IMG/VR virus record: IMGVR_UViG_3300020446_000004
Coordinates: 1 to 64,000 of that record
Reading direction: 5' to 3' (one strand)
DNA from: a virus
Length of the DNA stretch: 64,000 bases
The notes under the pieces are model-generated. The model was not told where the DNA came from and did not search any database. It was given only the letters and a program-made list of their open reading frames with translations. How positions within the stretch are numbered: position 1 is the stretch's first letter; each line of letters starts with the position of its first letter. Shown piece after piece: positions 46,660 through 55,071 of the stretch. The translations under genes were made by a program, and so were the position numbers.

Positions 46660-47296
46660 TGGAAAAGAAGAAAAAGATTTATCAGGCTTTGATTTAGCCG
46701 AAGATCAAATGATTGTTATAGATGACTTGTTCCCACAATATGTGATTGAACATGTACACGATCAAGTTTTTAATACGTATAGTTGGTTTTATGGACATAC
46801 TAGTAACTATCCAGAGGATCCAAGAACTGATGTAGGAGCAATACCTGATTGGCCAGAAGTTCCTGCGTTCAAACAGCAAATTTATCCACCTAACAGTCCA
46901 AATGCACATGACTCTAGCTGGAACATGATTTATAATGCAGTTGCACAAATGATTCCTTTTGAATTAGAAATAGGAGAAATACTTGTAAACGGTCAGCAAT
47001 GGATTCATAACACTGTTGAACATACAGATTGTCAATGTGATAATGGTATTAGTTGGATATACTATGTAAATAGAGAATGGAAAGAAGAATGGGGCGGAGA
47101 AACAATAATTAAGTTAGATGGTGAATGGAAAAAAGTTTATCCAAAGCCAGGACGTATTTTCTTATTCAAAGGTAAAATTCCACATCACGGATTACCACCA
47201 AACGATTCTTACAAAGGACTACGTGCAACACTTGTATACAAAACAATGAGAGCTCAACCATTACCACCAAAAAATAATCAACCTTGGAGAACCTAA
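46649..47296 (+). CDS. 2OG-Fe(II) oxygenase
   Basis: HTD...YY.N.EW..EWGGET...PKPGR..LF.G.IPH.....R facial-triad pattern. Confidence 0.8.
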   Translation: MLVNGKEEKDLSGFDLAEDQMIVIDDLFPQYVIEHVHDQVFNTYSWFYGHTSNYPEDPRTDVGAIPDWPEVPAFKQQIYPPNSPNAHDSSWNMIYNAVAQMIPFELEIGEILVNGQQWIHNTVEHTDCQCDNGISWIYYVNREWKEEWGGETIIKLDGEWKKVYPKPGRIFLFKGKIPHHGLPPNDSYKGLRATLVYKTMRAQPLPPKNNQPWRT

Positions 47297-47823
47297 TGCA
47301 TTATGATATGTGGGCAATACCGTTCTTTATAGGACAGGTTGATTTAGAAAAAATTAATATCACCCACAAATCGACAGAAAAAATATGGTTAAGCGAAGTC
47401 GAATCAAGTTTTGGTAAAGAACACGATATATCGCCACAAACTTTTGAATATTTACAAACTGTTATATTAGAACTTATGCCTGAAGATTTGATAGGACAAA
47501 ATCCTAGATTTGGTGAAATCTGGCGTAATACATATAGCAAAACAGATTGGCAAGATATACACATACACCCGAACTGCCAGTGGAGTTTTATAATTTATGA
47601 AAGTGTCCCTAAAGGGAAGACAGTATTTATGAATCCTAATTATAGACTTGTACAAAACCAAATAGGATCGGGAGGTCATCCAAGATTTCCTTTGGACTTC
47701 AGACCAGAATGTAAAAAAGGAGACATTGTTATTTTTCCAAGTATGATAGAGCATTTTGTTATGCCTGGAAACGAAGGATCGACAGTTTCTGGAAACATAT
47801 ATATGGATTACAATTTTTCATGA
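47296..47823 (+). CDS. Putative 2OG-Fe(II) oxygenase (HxH type)
   Basis: W.N.Y...DWQ.IHIH...WSFI.Y ... GD..IFPS..EH.V; start placed at the TAATG overlap with GGAGA RBS. Confidence 0.75.
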   Translation: MHYDMWAIPFFIGQVDLEKINITHKSTEKIWLSEVESSFGKEHDISPQTFEYLQTVILELMPEDLIGQNPRFGEIWRNTYSKTDWQDIHIHPNCQWSFIIYESVPKGKTVFMNPNYRLVQNQIGSGGHPRFPLDFRPECKKGDIVIFPSMIEHFVMPGNEGSTVSGNIYMDYNFS

Positions 47824-48968
47824 AAGTTCTTGTTATAGGTGATGTAATATTAGACAAGTATTTGTATGGTACTAGTAAAAGGATTAGTCCTGAAGCTCCT
47901 GTACCTGTAGTAAGTTTTACTGAAGAAAAGACTAGTATGGGAGGAGCGGCATTAGTTTATGAAAATTTAAAAAGTTTAGGAGTAGACGTTACGCTATGTA
48001 ATACAGGACAGCCTAATAGTGTAAAAACAAGAGTCATATGTGACGGACATTACATAACAAGAATAGATGATGACAAACAGGCTGACGGTGATGCTGTTTT
48101 ACAAATAGTAAAACAATCAGACTTTAGTCCTTATGATATAGTAATACTAAGTGACTATAATAAAGGATCATTGACACAAGCAGAAAAAATTATAAAACAT
48201 ATCAATAAATTTGGATGTAAAATTATTGTAGATCCAAAGACAGATATGTCAATATACAAAGATGCTTGGTTGGTTAAGCCTAACGAAAAAGAATATATTA
48301 AATATTTTAAAAATTGGGACGGCAATATTATTACAACTAGAGCTGGCAAAAGTGTCATAGCTAAAATTGATAGCAAAGAATATGAAGTACCTGTAGAGAC
48401 TGTTGAAGTATCAGATGTTACAGGTGCAGGTGATTGCTTTATGGCCGCATTTGTTTATGGATTAACAAAAGAATACGGATTAAAAAAATGTTTGGAGATT
48501 GCTGTCAAAGGGTCTACAGAAAGTGTTAAACATGCAGGTACTTATATACTTAAAAGAGAAGATGTTGAACACACTGTAGTATTTACTAATGGTGTGTTTG
48601 ATATACTACATATTGGCCATTTAAAGCTTCTAAGACACGCTAAAACGCTTGGAAATAGGCTAATAGTGGGTATTAATAGCGATAGTAGTGTAAAACGCTT
48701 AAAAGGCAATTTAAGACCCATTAACGGACAAGACACCCGCAAGGAAAGCCTCTTAGAGCTTGGTTTTGTTGACGATGTAATTGTGTTTGAAGAAGATACA
48801 CCATTACAGTTAATAACCAAATTAGAGCCAGATATTATAGTAAAAGGCGGAGATTATACATTTGATACTGTGGTAGGAAATCATTTAGCAAAAGTTGTTA
48901 TTTTTCCTACAGTTGAAGGACATAGTACTACTAGGATAATAGATGAAGATATTAATTACAGGTCATAA
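47820..48968 (+). CDS. hldE: Bifunctional heptose-7-phosphate kinase / heptose-1-phosphate adenylyltransferase
   Basis: PfkB-type domain (RISPEAPVPV, ILSDYNKG, DVTGAGD) fused to a cytidylyltransferase-like domain (FTNGVFDILHIGH, NSDSSVKRLKG..RP, KGGDY, STT.II). Confidence 0.93.
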   Translation: MKVLVIGDVILDKYLYGTSKRISPEAPVPVVSFTEEKTSMGGAALVYENLKSLGVDVTLCNTGQPNSVKTRVICDGHYITRIDDDKQADGDAVLQIVKQSDFSPYDIVILSDYNKGSLTQAEKIIKHINKFGCKIIVDPKTDMSIYKDAWLVKPNEKEYIKYFKNWDGNIITTRAGKSVIAKIDSKEYEVPVETVEVSDVTGAGDCFMAAFVYGLTKEYGLKKCLEIAVKGSTESVKHAGTYILKREDVEHTVVFTNGVFDILHIGHLKLLRHAKTLGNRLIVGINSDSSVKRLKGNLRPINGQDTRKESLLELGFVDDVIVFEEDTPLQLITKLEPDIIVKGGDYTFDTVVGNHLAKVVIFPTVEGHSTTRIIDEDINYRS

Positions 48969-49746
48969 TGGATTTATAGGACAAAATTTAATGTCCTATT
49001 TAGAAACAAAACACGAAGTTGCCGGATATGATTTTCATCCAGAGAACTTGCCTCTTGTAAAGGATTACGACTGGGTCATACATTTAGGAGCAATAAGTTC
49101 TACTACAGAAACAGACGTTGATAAAATAATTCTACACAACTATGAATTTTCAAAATGGTTGTTTAATCAATGTAATCAGTATAATGTAAACATGCAATAT
49201 GCATCGAGTGCAAGTGTTTATGGTAACACAAAACATTTTAAAGAAGATGGACCCAGTGATCCTAAAAGTCCATATGCTTGGAGCAAATATTTATTTGATA
49301 GATGGGTAACGGGTATTCACCCAAAAATTATTTTTCAAGGACTTAGGTATTTTAATGTTTACGGACCTCATGAAGAACACAAAGGCAATCAAGCAAGCCC
49401 TATTACAAAATTTACTAAGCAAGCAGAAGAAGAAGGCAAAATTACTATTTTCACAGATAGCGAAAACTACAAAAGAGATTTTGTATGCGTTTCTGATGTG
49501 TGTAAAATACATGAAAAAATGTTTGACATAAAAGAAAAAGGCATATATAATATTGGTACAGGAAAAGCTGTAAGTTTTAAACAAGTAGCAGATTTAATTG
49601 CAAAAAAATATAATGCAAAAATAAAATATATTCCTATGCCTGAAAACTTAAAACATCAGTATCAAAATTATACTTGTGCTAATTTAGGAAAATTAAATAC
49701 TGTATTAAAATTTAAGTTTCAAACTATTGAGGAGTATTTAAAATGA
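48943..49746 (+). CDS. hldD: ADP-L-glycero-D-manno-heptose 6-epimerase
   Basis: ITG..GFIG.NL, HLGAISSTTE, YASSASVYG, Y.WSK.LFD, GLRYFNVYGP.E.HKG..AS, RDFV.V.D motifs. Confidence 0.9.
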   Translation: MKILITGHNGFIGQNLMSYLETKHEVAGYDFHPENLPLVKDYDWVIHLGAISSTTETDVDKIILHNYEFSKWLFNQCNQYNVNMQYASSASVYGNTKHFKEDGPSDPKSPYAWSKYLFDRWVTGIHPKIIFQGLRYFNVYGPHEEHKGNQASPITKFTKQAEEEGKITIFTDSENYKRDFVCVSDVCKIHEKMFDIKEKGIYNIGTGKAVSFKQVADLIAKKYNAKIKYIPMPENLKHQYQNYTCANLGKLNTVLKFKFQTIEEYLK

Positions 49747-50261
49747 GTACAAGTCTTTTTATAGTTGATAATTTTTTACCAAAACCAGATCTTGTTAGAG
49801 AACAAGTTATAAAACTTGATTTTCCTACTAGTGGAGAATTTCCGGGCAAGAGATCTCATGCAACAGATAATGATTTTCAAATGTACTGCAAAACAAGATT
49901 TGAAGATATCATGGGTGTAAAAATCACACAATTCTTAATGGATAGTTTTTGTTATCAATTATGTTACGAAGGAGAAGAAACATGGGTACACAAAGATCCT
50001 TCTATGTGGGCGGGTATATTATACCTTACACCAAATGCTCCTATCGAAGCAGGCACTGGAATATTCAAGGAAGATAAACAAGGAGAATTTGAACTTGTTG
50101 ATGCAATAGGAAATGTTTACAATAGGCTTGTGTTGTATAGAGGTGATTTACTACACAGAAGTTTGCTATCTGGATTTGGAAACACACCAGAAAGCGGCAG
50201 GCTTACACAAGTTTTCTTCTTTGATGTTCGAGAACAACCAGCAGGAGGTTGGGGAGAATGA
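49743..50261 (+). CDS. 2OG-Fe(II) oxygenase-like protein
   Basis: IVDNF...PD.VR, FPG.R, WVHKD..WAG.LYLTP..P...GT, NVYNRLVLY....H.S...FG.....RLTQVFFF. Confidence 0.7.
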   Translation: MSTSLFIVDNFLPKPDLVREQVIKLDFPTSGEFPGKRSHATDNDFQMYCKTRFEDIMGVKITQFLMDSFCYQLCYEGEETWVHKDPSMWAGILYLTPNAPIEAGTGIFKEDKQGEFELVDAIGNVYNRLVLYRGDLLHRSLLSGFGNTPESGRLTQVFFFDVREQPAGGWGE

Positions 50262-50860
50262 CAACTGATGCTATTTGGCCAACCTGGATTTATTCAACTG
50301 TAATCGAAAATCATAAAGAAGTTTATGAACAATTTTTACCTATGTTAAATGACGATAATAATTTTGATAGTCCATGGACATACGGAGATTGTAAAAGTAG
50401 TATACGAAATAAAAGCAATGATAAATTTCCGTGGAATACATGGTTTGAAGCAATAAAGCCCTATGTAGACGAGCATTTACAATCATTAGAACCTACAATG
50501 CCTTTTGTAATACATAGTGATGAGTTTTGGGTAAACGTTTACAGCAAAGGTGATTTTCAAGAAAGTCACGAACATGCATTTCCTGGAAGGTCTTTAAGTG
50601 CAATTTATATTATGGAATTGGACAAAAATACAGAAGGCGGAGACTTAGTTTTTGAATGTCCTAATTTTGCAACTGTCAAGTTTAGTGGGTTAAATAGAAT
50701 TTTCGATAAATGGCAGTATCAACATATCATGCCCAAATTAGAAAACGGCACATTAATTTTATTTCCTAGTTGGTTGACACATTATGTGTTACCAATGAGA
50801 TCAGAAAAACGTAGAATAACAATAGCGGCAAATTTTAGTATAAAGGAAGCAAATGAGTAG
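50258..50860 (+). CDS. Putative 2OG-Fe(II) oxygenase (HxH type)
   Basis: WVNVY..GDFQE.H.H, LS.IY, G.LILFPSWL.H.V.P.....RITIA.N; start at the ATGA overlap. Confidence 0.8.
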   Translation: MTTDAIWPTWIYSTVIENHKEVYEQFLPMLNDDNNFDSPWTYGDCKSSIRNKSNDKFPWNTWFEAIKPYVDEHLQSLEPTMPFVIHSDEFWVNVYSKGDFQESHEHAFPGRSLSAIYIMELDKNTEGGDLVFECPNFATVKFSGLNRIFDKWQYQHIMPKLENGTLILFPSWLTHYVLPMRSEKRRITIAANFSIKEANE

Positions 50861-51215
50861 ATTAAAAGGTACAGTTGAAAAAGGTTGGGGTAGTGAAACA
50901 ATATTTGCAACTAACGATTTATATTGCGGAAAATTATTAAATTTTAATACAGGTGCAAAATTTAGCATGCACATGCACAAAGATAAAGACGAAACATGGT
51001 ATGTGTTGAGCGGAAAATTTGTTGTAAAAACAATTGATACAAAAACAGCAGACGTTGATGCAGAACCTTTAGAAAAGGGAGATACATGGCACAATCCTCC
51101 AATGCTTCCTCATCAATTGCTTTGTTTAGAACAAGGTACGATTATAGAAGTTAGTACACCAGATAGTATAGAAGACAACTATAGAGTTGAAAAAGGAGAT
51201 AGCCAAGTTGTCTAG
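50853..51215 (+). CDS. Cupin-fold sugar isomerase-like protein
   Basis: KGWG.E..FA.ND.YCGK.L.F..G.KFSMH.H..KDETWYV..G...PH.L..LE.G.I.EVST. Confidence 0.75.
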   Translation: MSRLKGTVEKGWGSETIFATNDLYCGKLLNFNTGAKFSMHMHKDKDETWYVLSGKFVVKTIDTKTADVDAEPLEKGDTWHNPPMLPHQLLCLEQGTIIEVSTPDSIEDNYRVEKGDSQVV

Positions 51216-52017
51216 ATCCCTCTTTATAGGATGTAGTCATACAATGGGATATTTAGATCCAAACCCGCACTCAGATGCACCCCCTCAGCCTTGGCAAGAT
51301 AACAATTACGCAGAATTTTATGCAAAACAAAATAACAAACCTAGTATTATTATGGCTAGTGCTGGAGCAGGAAACTCTCTATGGCCAAGATTTTTAGCGT
51401 ATGCGTTCCAAAAATATAATGACATAGATGAAGTATTTGTTCAAAGCACTTACTGGGGAAGATTTGCTATTGCAATGAATCCAAATCTAGACGCTTACAA
51501 TATTTTACCTATTGATTATTTTATAGAAAAAGAAAAAAGTGATGATCTAATTGAAAGATATAGTTTAGGATTGTATCAAGATAAGTTTGTAGAATATTAT
51601 CTTAAACCAGAATCGTATGACTACGACGAACTACCATACAACCGTTATACTGCACCATTTTGTGCTGAGCCTGATGTCCGACGAAGCAGTCATATGTATA
51701 TTAGAATGTGGCATTATTCAAACACACATTTAGATCAATATGATTATTTCAAAGATGTTTTGGCATGTGATGCTATTTGTAATTATAACAATGTAAAAAT
51801 GCACTTATGGAATATAAATGATAGATGTTTTATACCAGAACAAACAGGCAATTGGTTAACTAAACTACAAGCAACTAAAATTGCAAATATAGATGCTATA
51901 AGTTTTCTTAAAAAGCATAAGAAAACAATTAAATTAGGTGATACCGAACATTACTCAAAAGAAACACATGAGATAATTGCAAAAGAATATATACCTTATA
52001 TAAAGGACACAAAATGA
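51208..52017 (+). CDS. Hypothetical SGNH/GDSL-like protein
   Basis: LFIGCSHT.G block I, GAGN, C-terminal D.EH; TTG start with AGGAG RBS chosen over the track start 51187. Confidence 0.55.
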   Translation: MSRSLFIGCSHTMGYLDPNPHSDAPPQPWQDNNYAEFYAKQNNKPSIIMASAGAGNSLWPRFLAYAFQKYNDIDEVFVQSTYWGRFAIAMNPNLDAYNILPIDYFIEKEKSDDLIERYSLGLYQDKFVEYYLKPESYDYDELPYNRYTAPFCAEPDVRRSSHMYIRMWHYSNTHLDQYDYFKDVLACDAICNYNNVKMHLWNINDRCFIPEQTGNWLTKLQATKIANIDAISFLKKHKKTIKLGDTEHYSKETHEIIAKEYIPYIKDTK

Positions 52018-52592
52018 AAGACGATTACAACGGAATAGAAGAATATCCTCTTGCATACGAAAAGGATTACTGCGACGAAATTATAAAACATTTTGAAGTA
52101 ATGGCACGAAATGCAGTTACATATAAACAAGATAATCTAGATGTTAATCAAGACGAACGTATTGTTTTTGATTGGGCACATACACAAAATCAATATCATT
52201 ATGATTTCAAATTGTGTGATTACTTTTATCAAAGATTGCATGAAGTATACACAAAATCCTATATGGAAAAATATCAAATGCTAAAAAATAGTGAACAGCA
52301 TAGTCCAAAAGGTATGAGCATACAAAAATCAAAGCCACATCAAGGTTATCATGCCTGGCATGCAGAAGCTGCAGATATAGGGTCTTGTTCAAGGGTAATG
52401 AATTATATGTTATATCTTAATGATGTAGAAGAAGGCGGTGAAACAGAATTTTTATATCAAGGTGTAAAATTAAAACCTGAAGCTGGAAAACTAGTTATTT
52501 TCCCCACAAGTTATATGTATCCACATAGAGGAAATCCTATTTACAAAGGAGAAAAATATATAATTACAGGCTGGTATACATATGATAGATAA
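52014..52592 (+). CDS. 2OG-Fe(II) oxygenase (prolyl-4-hydroxylase-like, cyanophage type)
   Basis: GYH.WH.E, R...YMLYLNDVEEGGETEF.YQ...KP.AG..VIFP....HRGNP....KYI.TGW. Confidence 0.88.
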   Translation: MKDDYNGIEEYPLAYEKDYCDEIIKHFEVMARNAVTYKQDNLDVNQDERIVFDWAHTQNQYHYDFKLCDYFYQRLHEVYTKSYMEKYQMLKNSEQHSPKGMSIQKSKPHQGYHAWHAEAADIGSCSRVMNYMLYLNDVEEGGETEFLYQGVKLKPEAGKLVIFPTSYMYPHRGNPIYKGEKYIITGWYTYDR

Positions 52593-53193
52593 GTATAAAG
52601 TCGCTAATGCAACTCCAGTAATTCCTACAAAATGCGTAATAGGTTTAGATAGAGATGGAGTAATTAATCAAGATTTAGGTAATGAGCAAGGATGTAGATA
52701 TGTAACTTCGCCTAATGAATTTAAACCAATTGAAGGTAGCTTAGAAGCTGTGGCAAAGATTAGACAACTAGGGCATAGAATAGTAATTATAACAAATCAA
52801 GGCGGTATACAAAAAGGTATAATGTCTGCTGAAGATGTTGATAGTGTTCATGATCATATGCTTGAGTTATTAGGGCAAGCAGGTTGTCCTAGTATTGATG
52901 CAATATATTATAGCGAAAGTAGCCAAAAAAATGATATGTATGCAAAGCCCAATGCAGGCATGTTTAAAAGATGCGCCAAAGAACATAAAGATATTAAGTG
53001 GAGCCAAGGATTTTTTGTTGGTGATAAAATGAGCGATTTACGTGCCGCAGTCAAAGTAGGTGCAAGACCTGTATTGGTTAGAACCGGTTATGGACGTGAG
53101 ACTGAAAAACAGCTAAATAAGTATACATACAAGGATATCAAAAAGAAAACCTATGTATTTGACGATTTAGCTGATTTTGCAAACCAGCTTTGA
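52582..53193 (+). CDS. gmhB: D,D-heptose 1,7-bisphosphate phosphatase (HAD)
   Basis: LDRDGVIN, ITNQGGI, KP..GM, FVGD..SD..AA, VLVRTG.G motifs; located in an operon with hldE/hldD. Confidence 0.88.
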   Translation: MIDKYKVANATPVIPTKCVIGLDRDGVINQDLGNEQGCRYVTSPNEFKPIEGSLEAVAKIRQLGHRIVIITNQGGIQKGIMSAEDVDSVHDHMLELLGQAGCPSIDAIYYSESSQKNDMYAKPNAGMFKRCAKEHKDIKWSQGFFVGDKMSDLRAAVKVGARPVLVRTGYGRETEKQLNKYTYKDIKKKTYVFDDLADFANQL

Positions 53194-53207
53194 TAGGAGA
53201 AAAATAT

Positions 53208-53540
53208 ATGCCATATGCAGTAAAAAAACCGCATCCAACAGTGGACAACGTTATGCTTTATCACACATGGGATCCTGATGGTGACGGTTACGAAGAAATT
53301 AGAAAATTCCCAGATCAAGAAAAAGCAAACGTATTTGCAGCCGAACACGCAGGCGCAGTCGTGGTAGAAATAGGTTACGAAATTGATCAATCAGATCAAA
53401 TGATAGCTGATAGATATGCACAGTCAATTGATCCAGCAAGACCAGAAGGTAGTATTACACCATCAACTAACGCAGAAGCAGAACACAGATTCGAGCCAGG
53501 ACCACTTAGAGCTTTCACTGCACACGGCATTTTAGGTTAA
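53208..53540 (+). CDS. Hypothetical protein
   Basis: AGGAGA RBS before ATG 53208; 110 aa. Confidence 0.65.
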   Translation: MPYAVKKPHPTVDNVMLYHTWDPDGDGYEEIRKFPDQEKANVFAAEHAGAVVVEIGYEIDQSDQMIADRYAQSIDPARPEGSITPSTNAEAEHRFEPGPLRAFTAHGILG

Positions 53541-53550
53541 GGACTAACCT

Positions 53551-55071
53551 ATGGCAATACCAGTAGCTCCCGTATTCGATAGGATTAGATTAGTACCTCG
53601 TCCAACTGACTTTTTGGACAGGAATACAGGAGCCAGTGGCGAGCTTTTCTACGAGAAGGAAACAAAAACACTTCGTGTATACAATGGGTTACAACGAGGT
53701 GGTTTTGAAGTTCTCAGCGAAGAAAGATTAAGAATAAACACTGCTAATTTAGAGGTTGCTACAGTAAAATATAATACATTTGTAGGCAATGACGGAGTAG
53801 GAAACAAATATTATTTTAACAATGATTTTTCAAACTATGCACCTGCTTTAACTTTTGTAGTAGGATACACATATAGATTTGATCAATCAAATTATACCAA
53901 TTTGTTTTATCCTAATCCACAAGGAGGCACGTTAAATCCTCATCCTTTAGAATTTAGTGTGCAAGAAAACGGCACATTAGGTGGAGGCGTCCAATATACT
54001 GAAGGTGTTGTATATCTTTTAGATGACGCAGAAGTAACTAGGGAAAAATACCTAAATGATTTTACAAGCTCTACAACTAGGGCAATACAAATAACAATCA
54101 CAACAAATACACCAAATACTCTTTACTATTACTGTACTAGACACACAGGAATGGGCGGAGAAATAACAGTAGGTATGCCAGGATCAGGCACAGGCTCCGG
54201 CGGAGCAAGTATTACAGCAAGTGATTCGGCACCTACAGAACCTAGTGCAGGAGCACTATGGTATAACAGTGCAACTGGATATTTGTATGTATATGTTGAT
54301 GACGGTGATAGTCAACAATGGGTACAGCCTGTTGCTGGTAACGTGTTTAGTGGATTGTATAATGATTTATTAGGCAAACCAACTTTCGCTACAGTTGCCA
54401 ACACAGGCGATTGGAACGATATACAAAATAAACCTACTATACCAGCTAGCCTTACTGATTTAGGAATTTCCGACGGGACTGCAAACCAAGTTCTAACCAC
54501 AGATGGTGCAGGCAATTTTACATTTGAAGATGGCGGAGGAGGATCTTCATATGATCAAAGTCTTAACACGACAGATGATGTTACATTTGACGAAATTACT
54601 GCAACAACAAGTTTAACTGCACCTAATGTAATTACAAATGGTGTAGGCGTAACTAACTTTACAAGTTCTACAAGTTTAACACTATCTGCTACAGATGGCG
54701 TGTTTCTTTCTGGAATAGCAAGATCTAGCGAAATAGTAAACACACTTACTGGAGCAACTTCAACAGTTGACCACAGTCTAAACTTAGGTAGTGTTTGGAA
54801 CCATACTAGCATTGCCGCAAACTTTACAGCAAACTTCACAAATGTACCAACAACTACTGACAGAACTATTTCGGTTGCATTAATATTAAATCAAGGTGCA
54901 TCACCATATCTTCCTAATGCTGTTCAAATAAACGGAGGCACTGAAAGTATAAACTGGGAAGATGCATCTGCACCGACACCTAATGCAAACCAAACAGATG
55001 TTGTTGTCTTTACACTTGTACGTACAGGCGGTTCATGGAATGTATTAGGGAGTCTAACAACTTATGGCTAG
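53551..55071 (+). CDS. Fibre-type virion protein with cupredoxin-like (C-x2-H-x2-M) domain
   Basis: HPLEF ... LYYYCTRHTGMGG; SAP..P.AG.LWYNS.TG.LY.Y fibre motif; C-terminal beta-sandwich. Confidence 0.7.
   Translation: MAIPVAPVFDRIRLVPRPTDFLDRNTGASGELFYEKETKTLRVYNGLQRGGFEVLSEERLRINTANLEVATVKYNTFVGNDGVGNKYYFNNDFSNYAPALTFVVGYTYRFDQSNYTNLFYPNPQGGTLNPHPLEFSVQENGTLGGGVQYTEGVVYLLDDAEVTREKYLNDFTSSTTRAIQITITTNTPNTLYYYCTRHTGMGGEITVGMPGSGTGSGGASITASDSAPTEPSAGALWYNSATGYLYVYVDDGDSQQWVQPVAGNVFSGLYNDLLGKPTFATVANTGDWNDIQNKPTIPASLTDLGISDGTANQVLTTDGAGNFTFEDGGGGSSYDQSLNTTDDVTFDEITATTSLTAPNVITNGVGVTNFTSSTSLTLSATDGVFLSGIARSSEIVNTLTGATSTVDHSLNLGSVWNHTSIAANFTANFTNVPTTTDRTISVALILNQGASPYLPNAVQINGGTESINWEDASAPTPNANQTDVVVFTLVRTGGSWNVLGSLTTYG

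Noticed and set aside
43832-53193. DNA hypermodification as the role of the GT/carbamoyltransferase/oxygenase cluster
   Set aside because: Not excluded but disfavoured: no nucleotide-modifying partners (hydroxymethylase, kinase, polymerase) nearby, and the context is tail fibres and ADP-heptose synthesis.
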